From: a virus
DNA: 64,000 nucleotides
Virus record (IMG/VR): IMGVR_UViG_3300010939_000064
Location: 1 to 64,000 of that record
Reading direction: 5' to 3' (one strand)
The translations under genes and the position numbers were made by a program. Below, piece after piece: positions 45,541-53,156 of this stretch. The notes beneath the pieces were generated by a model. That model made no database searches. It saw only the letters and a list, made by a program, of their open reading frames with translations, and had not been told where the DNA came from. Positions within the stretch are counted from its first letter, which is position 1. Each line of letters starts with the position of its first letter.

Positions 45541-45723
45541 ATGGAAGCAATAATTACAGAAAAAGAGTGTCCAAAGTGTAATGTAGGAGCTATGACATTT
45601 GTATTATGTAGAGTTAATGCATTTAATAGTAATTTAATTATGGAGATATCACTGTTTAGATGTGGTAATTGTGGATATACAGATGAAATAGTAAGTAATA
45701 GAGTTGGAAACTTGACACGTTAA
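45541..45723 (+). CDS. Zn-ribbon protein
   Basis: ECPKCNVGAM....FRCGNCGYTDE. Confidence 0.5.
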   Translation: MEAIITEKECPKCNVGAMTFVLCRVNAFNSNLIMEISLFRCGNCGYTDEIVSNRVGNLTR

Positions 45724-45739
45724 GTGGAGGTGAAAAATT

Positions 45740-45988
45740 ATAGGAAAGAAAAAGCATCCAGATTTATTAACATATTGGAAACCAGAATTTAATCTCGGAA
45801 TAGAATATTCAGTAGAAATATGGAACGAAGATATACCATGTGAAACATGTGCTAGTAAAGATATAATCGTAAAAGGGTCTTACATATTAAGAGACGATCA
45901 TAATAGTATGATTGGTGCATGTAGAAAACATATTAAAGGAAAGACAGTCTTGAAAGTAGTTGAATTGCCGTATATTCATAAATACTAA
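45740..45988 (+). CDS. Cys-rich hypothetical protein with apparent ATA start (absent from the ORF track)
   Basis: The frame is open for 82 codons from ATA 45740. GGAGGTGA (45726-45733) ends 6 nt upstream. The first canonical start is ATG at codon 57. Product: IGKKKHPDLLTYWKPEFNLGIEYSVEIWNEDIPCETCASKD...GACRKHIKG... Confidence 0.45.
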   Translation: MGKKKHPDLLTYWKPEFNLGIEYSVEIWNEDIPCETCASKDIIVKGSYILRDDHNSMIGACRKHIKGKTVLKVVELPYIHKY

Positions 45989-45990
45989 GG

Positions 45991-46007
45991 TTACTAGGAT
46001 TTTAGTG
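45991..46007 (+). repeat. CTAGG element copy 3 (diverged)
   Basis: TTACTAGGATTTTAGTG. Confidence 0.4.
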
Positions 46008-46019
46008 TTTATGTTACCC

Positions 46020-46027
46020 TTTATATA
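46020..46027 (+). promoter_or_regulatory. TATA box of wHTH-2 unit
   Basis: TTTATATA starts 29 nt upstream of GTG 46049. Confidence 0.5.
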
Positions 46028-46048
46028 TTATCGTGCCTACTTATAAGC

Positions 46049-46333
46049 GTGGACATTAACAAAATTATCGAGAATTCGAAGTTGGTTGGTAAGACGGAAA
46101 TAGTAGAGAGTGATGTTTCTATGGAAATAATTAGAGTAGCAAAGTTAATATATGAAGAAAATAAAAATATGCATCCATGGTTTCGTGGTATTGATATGAT
46201 AGATAAATTAAAAGATTTAGGGAAATCAAGTGTAAGAAGTCATCTTGAAAAATTAGGTGATAAAGGCACGCTTGAGTCAAAGTTACATGGAACAAAAAAA
46301 GTATATAGATTAAGAGTGATAGAGGATGATTGA
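46049..46333 (+). CDS. winged-helix DNA-binding protein, paralog 2 of 4
   Basis: MDINKIIENSKLVGKTEIVESD..IIRVAKLIY......VRSHLEKLGDKGTLESKLHGTKKVY. GTG start. Confidence 0.5.
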   Translation: MDINKIIENSKLVGKTEIVESDVSMEIIRVAKLIYEENKNMHPWFRGIDMIDKLKDLGKSSVRSHLEKLGDKGTLESKLHGTKKVYRLRVIEDD

Positions 46334-46562
46334 GATTATTCAAAACCTAATAGGTGCATACGTTATTCTTACTTTATGTGTTGGTAGTATCTATTTATCT
46401 ATGAAAATTTGGGAGTCAAAAAGGAGATTAGATAAAAATGAGTAAAGAGAAACTAATAGTTTTATGGAAGAAACCATTAATAGAAATTATAGAAAACTGT
46501 ATTTATATAGATGATACATTAGTATGGAGAGATGGTGAATTTGTTAATAGGAGAGAAGACGA

Positions 46563-46739
46563 ATGATTAAATCGAAAAAACAACAAAATGCAATAGACGA
46601 ATATTGGAAAGTTGCTAATGAATATATAAAAGAAAGAAAGAATATTGATCCAACAGATTATGCAATGTTGTATTATAAAATGGGATTAGGAGCTTTATGG
46701 TTAAAGTGTTATGTATTGGGAGTAAGTCCTTTTGAGTAG
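46563..46739 (+). CDS. hypothetical mini-protein (58 aa)
   Basis: MIKSKKQQNAIDEYWKVANEYIKERKNIDPTDYAMLYYKMGLGALWLKCYVLGVSPFE. ATGA coupled to the small ORF 46438..46566. Confidence 0.4.
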   Translation: MIKSKKQQNAIDEYWKVANEYIKERKNIDPTDYAMLYYKMGLGALWLKCYVLGVSPFE

Positions 46740-47016
46740 TTTTTCTAAGTTAGTTGAGCATCATTTGACAAAAGAGAAAATAGTATTTAAAGAAATTACA
46801 AAAAGTGAGACAAGTGGAAAAGAACAAGTTCATTATCAGGTTAAATCAATAACTCAGAAGAATCAGAGCTATGTTGTAGTTTATGAAAATGATGTATGGT
46901 ATTGTGACTGTCCAAGTTTTAAATATAAGACGGGAACAGATGTTAATGGGAATTGTAAGCACATTCAATTAATTATATTCTTGAACGCAAATAAAGTAGT
47001 GATTGAGATAATCTAG
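46732..47016 (+). CDS. SWIM zinc-finger protein
   Basis: VWYCDCPSFKYKTGTDVNGNCKHIQL gives C-x-C-x(n)-C-x-H. Confidence 0.55.
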   Translation: MSSFSKLVEHHLTKEKIVFKEITKSETSGKEQVHYQVKSITQKNQSYVVVYENDVWYCDCPSFKYKTGTDVNGNCKHIQLIIFLNANKVVIEII

Positions 47017-47038
47017 ATAAATTACTAAAAGGAGTACC

Positions 47039-47046
47039 TTTATATA
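47039..47046 (+). promoter_or_regulatory. TATA box of wHTH-3 unit
   Basis: TTTATATA starts exactly 30 nt upstream of ATG 47069. Confidence 0.5.
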
Positions 47047-47068
47047 TTATCTCAACACTCTATAATAT

Positions 47069-47380
47069 ATGGACATTAAAGACCTTGTTCAGAGAGCCAA
47101 AGAGGTTGGACACGATGAAGTGCCAGTCGGTGGAGGCAATAGTAGCGAAGTGATAGAAGTCCTATCAGCAATCTTCAGCGCAAATGAGGAAAAGTATTTC
47201 AGATCACAAGATCTGTCAAAGCTTTTAAATGACAACGGCGTTGCAATAACGAAGATAGGAAACACTCTCTTTGCTATGAAGAATTCAAGGAAATGTAGCC
47301 AAGTCAAGAAAGGTGTCTATACTAGTTATAGATCCGAGTTTGATGGAAACATTTCTGCTCCTACTCCAAAGGAAGAGTAG
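47069..47380 (+). CDS. winged-helix DNA-binding protein, paralog 3 of 4
   Basis: MDIKDLVQRAKEVGHDEVPVGGGNSSEVIEVLSAIF....FRSQDLSKLL....VKKGVY. Confidence 0.55.
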   Translation: MDIKDLVQRAKEVGHDEVPVGGGNSSEVIEVLSAIFSANEEKYFRSQDLSKLLNDNGVAITKIGNTLFAMKNSRKCSQVKKGVYTSYRSEFDGNISAPTPKEE

Positions 47381-47391
47381 GAGAACCCCTC

Positions 47392-47400
47392 TTTTTTTTT
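47392..47400 (+). terminator. oligo-T terminator (T9)
   Basis: GAGAACCCCTC followed by T9, 11 nt after the stop. Confidence 0.5.
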
Positions 47401-47427
47401 GCATGGGAAAATTAGTAATTACACTAA

Positions 47428-48246
47428 ATGATTATTAAGAATCTAGAAAATTGGTATACGAGTAAAAGGGTCACGGAGATCACCACACTAGTGGGTAACA
47501 CAGGTTATGGAAAAACTTATTCAGCAGGATTAATAGAAGAAAAGTACATGAAAGAATCATGGCCTCTGGCTGTTATTGATAAAATGGGGATTCATTATGT
47601 TTTAAGAAATAAATATAATAAATGTATTATAATTGGTGGAGATCATGGTGATTTTGGTACTGATCAGATTGATTTGGTTATGCCAATAATCATGGAAAAA
47701 GGTTATAGTTTTATTTTAGATTTAAGTGAATTTGATGAGTTTTTTGCACAGGAATTTGTAGCAGATTTCTTTGAATATGTGTTTCAATGGCATAAAGAAA
47801 ATCAGAAACCTAGACATTATATGATTGAAGAAGCTGATGCGTTCCTTGGACAAACAGGAACTATGAAGGAATGTAAAGCAGTCTTAACTAGATGTATAAC
47901 TAAAGGGCGAATGAATGGATTTGGGTTTACATTAATTTCTCAGAGATTTAGAATGCTTGATAAAACTCCTTTAGGTCAAACAAAGAATTATATTATTTTT
48001 AATATGAAGTTACCAATAGATTTGAATACATTAAAGTTATTAGTAGGTGATGATATATCGTTTAAGGTTAGGAGATTAAAGCAAGGTCAATGTATAATAA
48101 TGACAGATGAAGGTTATTCATCATATACTATAGGAACGAGAGAATGTCCAACTGCAGGCGATACTCCAGAAATTGGTGTTATATTAAAGAAAGTAGAAAT
48201 TTTACCATTAGATGAAAAGATTAAAAAAGAATTGAAAGGACATTAA
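47428..48246 (+). CDS. P-loop ATPase (HerA/FtsK-like, DUF87-type)
   Basis: Walker A is LVGNTGYGKTYSAG and Walker B is HYMIEEADAFL. Confidence 0.5.
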   Translation: MIIKNLENWYTSKRVTEITTLVGNTGYGKTYSAGLIEEKYMKESWPLAVIDKMGIHYVLRNKYNKCIIIGGDHGDFGTDQIDLVMPIIMEKGYSFILDLSEFDEFFAQEFVADFFEYVFQWHKENQKPRHYMIEEADAFLGQTGTMKECKAVLTRCITKGRMNGFGFTLISQRFRMLDKTPLGQTKNYIIFNMKLPIDLNTLKLLVGDDISFKVRRLKQGQCIIMTDEGYSSYTIGTRECPTAGDTPEIGVILKKVEILPLDEKIKKELKGH

Positions 48247-48296
48247 ATTTTTAAGAAATTAAAATAATATAGAGTATATATTGGCATATTTAAAAG

Positions 48297-48312
48297 TTAC
48301 TAGGTTTTTCGA
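48297..48312 (+). repeat. CTAGG element copy 4
   Basis: TTACTAGGTTTTTCGA. The flanks align with copy 2 (..TATATTGG.ATA.TT..A.A.TT.CTAGGTTTTT.GAATAAA). Confidence 0.45.
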
Positions 48313-48321
48313 ATAAAATAA

Positions 48322-48918
48322 TTAAGATATTTTAGGATGTATGATTGTTCTAGATGCATATTCTTTCATCTCATTCCAAGTTGCTAATACGCGAGAATCC
48401 ATATATACTTCTTCCTTAGCTTTTACTCTCCTATATTCTCCGTACTTACTTGATACATCAAATACGATTTTTAGTATTAATTCTATAGGCACAATTCTAT
48501 GATTTGCTAAATCGCAAATTGCATATATATCATCATATTTAAGATCATTTATTATTTTTTTAGCTCTATACCGGCACCAATTCCTACTCCAATCTCTTTG
48601 AATCTTAAGAATACTTTTTCTAATATCTACTAATTTCTGTTGATAAGTTTTCTGAATAAATTTAAGGATCTGAGAATCTGTTAATTTCATTTCTTCAGAC
48701 AAACGTTTATATAAATCATCTGGAATTTCTAATGGCTCAATACATTTATATATTAAATACTGGTGTTCTTTTGAAATAATTTTTGTCTTTAACTTTTGTC
48801 CATATAAACGTATCTCTGCTGTTGTTGGAATAATCGTTGACCTTTCTGTTATTTTCCAATCAAATAATTGTTTTCTGAATTCAAATTCGTTCATAGTTAT
48901 GTGCATATATATATACAC
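48322..48918 (-). CDS. hypothetical protein (one of two minus-strand genes in this block; start uncertain)
   Basis: 198-aa track ORF whose first codons lie in a TA-repeat. ATG 48894 (MNEFEFRK..) is an alternative start. Confidence 0.45.
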   Translation of the reverse strand: MYIYMHITMNEFEFRKQLFDWKITERSTIIPTTAEIRLYGQKLKTKIISKEHQYLIYKCIEPLEIPDDLYKRLSEEMKLTDSQILKFIQKTYQQKLVDIRKSILKIQRDWSRNWCRYRAKKIINDLKYDDIYAICDLANHRIVPIELILKIVFDVSSKYGEYRRVKAKEEVYMDSRVLATWNEMKEYASRTIIHPKIS

Positions 48919-48994
48919 ATGATAATTTATAAGTGTTTACGTTTAATCTCAAATACATAACGTTTATATATATAGGTTTATTAGACATATATAT

Positions 48995-49378
48995 ATGACA
49001 ACTGAAAATCATAAAGAAAGTATTAGAAAATGGCAAAAAACAGCAAGAGGTATAGCATCAAGGAAGAGAGCATATAATGTATATAGAATTCAACAAAGAG
49101 GAAGATTATTTAGTATATTAGGTGGTCATAAATGTGTAAAGTGTAATTTTGACGATTTTAGAGTTCTTCAATTTGATCACATCAATGGAGGTGGTAGAAT
49201 AGATATGAAAAGATTTGGTAATACACATGTGATGGTGTGTTATTATTTAAAACATCAAAAAGAAGCCAAAGAAAAATTACAAGTATTGTGTGCGAATTGT
49301 AATTGGATAAAAAGATGTGATAATAATGAACACAAACAAAATTATGCTAAGAAAGTACAAGGTGACATTTTTGCCTAG
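48995..49378 (+). CDS. HNH-like nuclease (single DH..GG / CxxCN domain)
   Basis: HKCVKCNFDDFRVLQFDHINGGG.....LQVLCANCNWIKR. Confidence 0.6.
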   Translation: MTTENHKESIRKWQKTARGIASRKRAYNVYRIQQRGRLFSILGGHKCVKCNFDDFRVLQFDHINGGGRIDMKRFGNTHVMVCYYLKHQKEAKEKLQVLCANCNWIKRCDNNEHKQNYAKKVQGDIFA

Positions 49379-49393
49379 TGAGCATTAACAACA

Positions 49394-49401
49394 TATATAT
49401 A
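49394..49401 (+). promoter_or_regulatory. TATA box of wHTH-4 unit
   Basis: TATATATA within a TA-repeat (49392-49405), 30 nt upstream of ATG 49424. Confidence 0.45.
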
Positions 49402-49423
49402 TATTGAACCGCCTATATAAAAC

Positions 49424-49678
49424 ATGGACGTATCACAAATCGTAAGCCAATCGAAATCGATTGCTCAAGATACAGTGCCAGCAGGTGGCAGTGAGTATAC
49501 TGATGCAATAGTACAGATTTTTAAGGCAAACCCAGGCAAACATTTCTGTGGTAAAGATATCAAGAAATTGTTTGCTGATGCAGATGTCGAATTGAAGAAT
49601 CCATCCAATATATTATTTGGATTGATGAAAGCAGGGACACTACAAAGGCCCAAGACAGGGTGGTACTCGCTTGCATAA
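49424..49678 (+). CDS. winged-helix DNA-binding protein, paralog 4 of 4
   Basis: MDVSQIVSQSKSIAQDTVPAGGSEYTDAIVQIFKAN...FCGKDIKKLF....LMKAGTLQRPKTGWY. Confidence 0.55.
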   Translation: MDVSQIVSQSKSIAQDTVPAGGSEYTDAIVQIFKANPGKHFCGKDIKKLFADADVELKNPSNILFGLMKAGTLQRPKTGWYSLA

Positions 49679-49693
49679 GTGAGTATCAAATTC

Positions 49694-49704
49694 TTTTTTT
49701 TTTT
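49694..49704. terminator. T11 tract in convergent gap
   Basis: T11 lies between the stop at 49678 (+) and the stop of the minus-strand gene at 49703. Confidence 0.45.
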
Positions 49705-50278
49705 AAGATTTAAAAGAATTATTTGTAAGTTCATTGTTTGTTGATCTTTTGATCCAGTTGCAATTTGCACATAATACTTGTAAATCACGAATAGCTATTT
49801 CTGGATTAGCAAAGTAAAAAGTTAACATTTTATCATAATCACCAAATTCTCTTACATCTTCTTTACAACTTCCATATATATGATCTAACTGAAGAGTGTA
49901 ATAATTGGTAATTCCACAATGTTTACAACTAGATCCACCGAGTAAATTGTACATTCTTATATTTCTATCCATATGTTGTTTAGATTTATTCTTACGCATT
50001 TTAATTTGTTTTTCAGTAAGGTCTTTAATCTTATTTCTTAAACATTCACCATTGATAGTACGTTTAATCCAGTTACAGTTAACACATAATACTTGCAATA
50101 TCTGTTTAGCTTCCTTAGGATGCTTAGTATAATATTTGTGCATATAAAAGCTAGTGCGTTGGAATTTATCAATAACTTCTTTAGTACCACCACTATCTAT
50201 ATGATCAAATTGTAATGCTCTAACATCAGTAAAATTACAATTGATACATTGTTTACCTCCAAGAATATTAAATAACAT
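49703..50278 (-). CDS. tandem double HNH-like nuclease (two DH / CxxCN domains); the 5' end probably extends upstream
   Basis: Domain 1: KQCINCNF..LQFDHIDSGG...LQVLCVNCNWIKR. Domain 2: SSCKHCGI..LQLDHIYG....LQVLCANCNWIKR. Homologous coding sequence continues upstream of ATG 50278. Confidence 0.6.
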   Translation of the reverse strand: MLFNILGGKQCINCNFTDVRALQFDHIDSGGTKEVIDKFQRTSFYMHKYYTKHPKEAKQILQVLCVNCNWIKRTINGECLRNKIKDLTEKQIKMRKNKSKQHMDRNIRMYNLLGGSSCKHCGITNYYTLQLDHIYGSCKEDVREFGDYDKMLTFYFANPEIAIRDLQVLCANCNWIKRSTNNELTNNSFKS

Positions 50279-50491
50279 ATTCTTTATTTTAAGTCTATGT
50301 TTAATTTCAGCTTTATGTCTAGCAAATCTACCTTTATCAGATTGTCTATATCGTTTTTTATAATCTATGATTTCTATAGTAATATAGAATATACCGTTGT
50401 TGGTATATATATACGTTTCTTTAGATAAATGATATAAAAATGAATAAATACGACAACCTTTAAATACTATAGATTGTATATATATACTACT

Positions 50492-50809
50492 ATGAAATTT
50501 AAATTAATGAAATTTGACTTTTTCACATGTATTCAATGTAAAATAATTGTTAATGATAAAAATTTAAATAAACACAATGGTCATGATATTATGGGAGAAT
50601 TTTTTGTAATTAAACAGAATAAGAAGAAGATTCTACCGGGATTAGTTTCAAAGAGATTAATTAATAGTGAGAAAGAAAAACTTAATGTTATTAAGTTTGA
50701 GAAGAGGCAGGCTTTAGATAAGAAAAAGAAAACTTTAGCCCAAGAGAGATATCAGAAACAGATCCCTGATGGAGCTGTTATTGTGAATTTATCGGAGATG
50801 AAGATTTGA
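50492..50809 (+). CDS. hypothetical protein
   Basis: The track ORF starts at TTG 50474 inside a TA-repeat. The first ATG is at 50492 (MKFKLMKFDFFTCIQCKIIVND..). Confidence 0.45.
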   Translation: MKFKLMKFDFFTCIQCKIIVNDKNLNKHNGHDIMGEFFVIKQNKKKILPGLVSKRLINSEKEKLNVIKFEKRQALDKKKKTLAQERYQKQIPDGAVIVNLSEMKI

Positions 50810-50894
50810 TTATAGTTACAAGTGTTAATCTTGGTTGGACCCTTCCAGCGTTTCAAGGCTTTTGTAACATGTGTGATAAAGGAGGTTTCCAAGG

Positions 50895-51110
50895 TTGTCC
50901 TTTATCATTTATTGTAAATTTAATGGAGATGAAAATTTAATGGAAGACATTAATGAAGAACGCTGTGTTTATTGTGGTATAGAAATGACAGAAGACTCTG
51001 TAATTTATGTAAGAGAACAAGTAAAAGGAAAATGGGGCTCTTATCCATCATGCACTAAATGTTGGTTTGAACAAAATCCTAATAGAAAACCAGTGAGAGT
51101 GATATCATGA
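50895..51110 (+). CDS. Zn-binding mini-protein (start ambiguous)
   Basis: TTG 50895 has GGAGGT 8 nt upstream. Alternatively ATG 50940 is coupled by TAATG to a 44-aa ORF (50806..50940). Contains ..RCVYCGIEM....CTKCWFEQ. Confidence 0.45.
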   Translation: MSFIIYCKFNGDENLMEDINEERCVYCGIEMTEDSVIYVREQVKGKWGSYPSCTKCWFEQNPNRKPVRVIS

Positions 51111-51394
51111 GTTCATTAGTTTTACGAGAATGTAATAGCGAAAAGAATTGTAGTAAATGTGACAAAGAAATTCAAAAAGGTGAGCAATATATGGCAGGTC
51201 CATATAAGGCTTTGTGTTTGAGTTGTTATGAGATAGAAAAAAAAGAATCAGTAAGTTCTTCTGGGAAAGGTCCAAATAATGATTATATCGTAAGCGGTAC
51301 TTGTGCATATTGTTCCGAAGATGCTATTGGTGTCCTGTGGAATAAGAAAGTATGTGCAGCCCATATAAATCAGGTGATTACAGAATCCTTGTAA
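51107..51394 (+). CDS. Cys-rich protein
   Basis: CSKCDKEI..LCLSCYE..CAYCSEDA..VCAAH. Confidence 0.5.
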   Translation: MSSLVLRECNSEKNCSKCDKEIQKGEQYMAGPYKALCLSCYEIEKKESVSSSGKGPNNDYIVSGTCAYCSEDAIGVLWNKKVCAAHINQVITESL

Positions 51395-51448
51395 TCGAAT
51401 CGATATAATAAAAACTTAGCATCGCAAAGATGTAATGGGGAGAACAAA

Positions 51449-51805
51449 ATGGGAAACGAGAAACCAACTGATAGAACACAAGAGACACGGGGAGATTTTC
51501 TACGATCTTTTAAAGAGAAGCATCCTCGGGCCAGACGTGATATATTCGAAGACTATGAACAGGTGAATAGTTACGAATTAGATTTACCTAACACACAGAA
51601 CAAGTTAGTTATCTCGTTACATAAAAGAAAGAATGATGAGACTGATCATTTGCTTAAGTGGCAAATTGGGAAGAGCTCAATGTTTATCGATGCAAAAACA
51701 TCATTTGTTGTTTCAGAAGCAATGAGATTTTTGACAGATGATATTGTGCCAGCGGATTTGAAACCAACATTTGATACAGTTAAGATGAAGGAGTCAACGA
51801 CATGA
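51449..51805 (+). CDS. hypothetical protein
   Basis: 118-aa ORF. Confidence 0.5.
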   Translation: MGNEKPTDRTQETRGDFLRSFKEKHPRARRDIFEDYEQVNSYELDLPNTQNKLVISLHKRKNDETDHLLKWQIGKSSMFIDAKTSFVVSEAMRFLTDDIVPADLKPTFDTVKMKESTT

Positions 51806-52437
51806 CTGTAGAACTAGTTTGTAGTGTGTGTGGTAATACCACCTCTTCTTTTTTTATGGTAGTAGGTGTAGAATCAATATGTATAAATTGTAAAAGTAGA
51901 CATAAAAGTAAGCATGTTTCTAAATTCCAGAAACCGCCAATATTTACTAGATATATTTGTAAAACGCATAACTGCGGTACGTATAACGTTACTAGTATGA
52001 TGTTTAGACATGTTATGAAACCATGTATAATTGTGACTCAACAAACTTTAGGTATTATTAGACCAGCAACTTTTGGTGGACATAATGGTGATATAAGTAG
52101 AAAATATTTTCTAGGACTTAATCAAATGGATCGTTTGAAGACTAATCTTGTTAATTATAAACGATTTATTCGTATTCACTCAAGAAGAGGGCGAGGAAAA
52201 ATTTCTTATAGTGATACAAAGTATTATAATAAACATGTGAGATTTTTGAATCTTAATATTAAAAAGGATTATCACAAACATGATTCCTTGTTTTTAAAGT
52301 TAAAATTTAATTTAGATGTTTATATTCAATCAGTAGTACCTAGGTTTAAACAGATAAAAATATCTACAGAAGAGAGAAAGAATTTATATTATAAAGATTT
52401 GATGGATAATTTCAAATTGCAAGTGATTAAAAAATGA
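51802..52437 (+). CDS. basic hypothetical protein with N-terminal Zn-ribbon
   Basis: VCSVCGNT....CINCKSRH. ATGA overlap. Confidence 0.5.
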   Translation: MTVELVCSVCGNTTSSFFMVVGVESICINCKSRHKSKHVSKFQKPPIFTRYICKTHNCGTYNVTSMMFRHVMKPCIIVTQQTLGIIRPATFGGHNGDISRKYFLGLNQMDRLKTNLVNYKRFIRIHSRRGRGKISYSDTKYYNKHVRFLNLNIKKDYHKHDSLFLKLKFNLDVYIQSVVPRFKQIKISTEERKNLYYKDLMDNFKLQVIKK

Positions 52438-52714
52438 GTAGTTTAGGATTTCATTGTATGAAGTGTTGTATGGGCAATCATGAACATTGTATGAATTTAC
52501 ATAGAACATATAGTGGAGAATTATGTACTTGTAATTGCAATTGGACGAAATAGATAAAAAAAATGACTAACGTTTATTTAGAAATTCATCAGAACGGAGA
52601 ACTTAAAATGGTACTGGGTATTAAAGATTTTAAGTTGCCACTTGAAGACGTTATAGAGTCTCTTATTAATAGTGTTGCTACTGTGAGTAAATTAATGGAT
52701 ACGGGAAATAAAAG

Positions 52715-53152
52715 ATGATTACAAAGAAATTAATACTTCATTATGATTTTATGAAAAACTTTTTAAAAGATGATCCAAAAACAACAAAACAATTAGCGGA
52801 TGGAATGAAAAAAGAATTTGGTGTTGATTATCATTATGTTTATACAGAAGTGCAGGATCTTATCTCACTAAATAAAATTAAAATGATAAAGTATAATACA
52901 GAGATGATGCTACTTTGGACTAATGTTGAGCTTAAATTTGAGTATGAACTTAGTCGCAATGTAGTACAGATAGAAAAGCAATTTATAGAATTTAATACAA
53001 GACCAAGTAAGGTACGACAAATGAAGTTACCTTTATTTGTGCTTGTTAAATTGAGAGAAAAAATTGCTGATCTAGACGAAAATCTAGAACTTATGGTAGC
53101 CTTAACAGCAGTTAAGTCTAACGAAGTTTGGTACAAAATAGAAAGGAGATAA
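52715..53152 (+). CDS. hypothetical protein (possible wHTH N-terminus)
   Basis: KTTKQLADGMKKEFGVDYHYVYTEVQDLISLNKIKMIKY. Confidence 0.4.
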   Translation: MITKKLILHYDFMKNFLKDDPKTTKQLADGMKKEFGVDYHYVYTEVQDLISLNKIKMIKYNTEMMLLWTNVELKFEYELSRNVVQIEKQFIEFNTRPSKVRQMKLPLFVLVKLREKIADLDENLELMVALTAVKSNEVWYKIERR

Positions 53153-53156
53153 TAGA

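Noticed and set aside
43168-49430. Reading the TA-rich boxes as bacterial sigma-70 -10 elements.
   Set aside because: The conserved TTTATATA lies 29-30 nt from the start codon, with no -35/-10 pair at bacterial spacing. The TA-rich patches within about 13 nt upstream of these start codons are too close to them to serve as -10 boxes. The downstream genes also lack Shine-Dalgarno motifs. The archaeal leaderless interpretation fits better but remains an inference.
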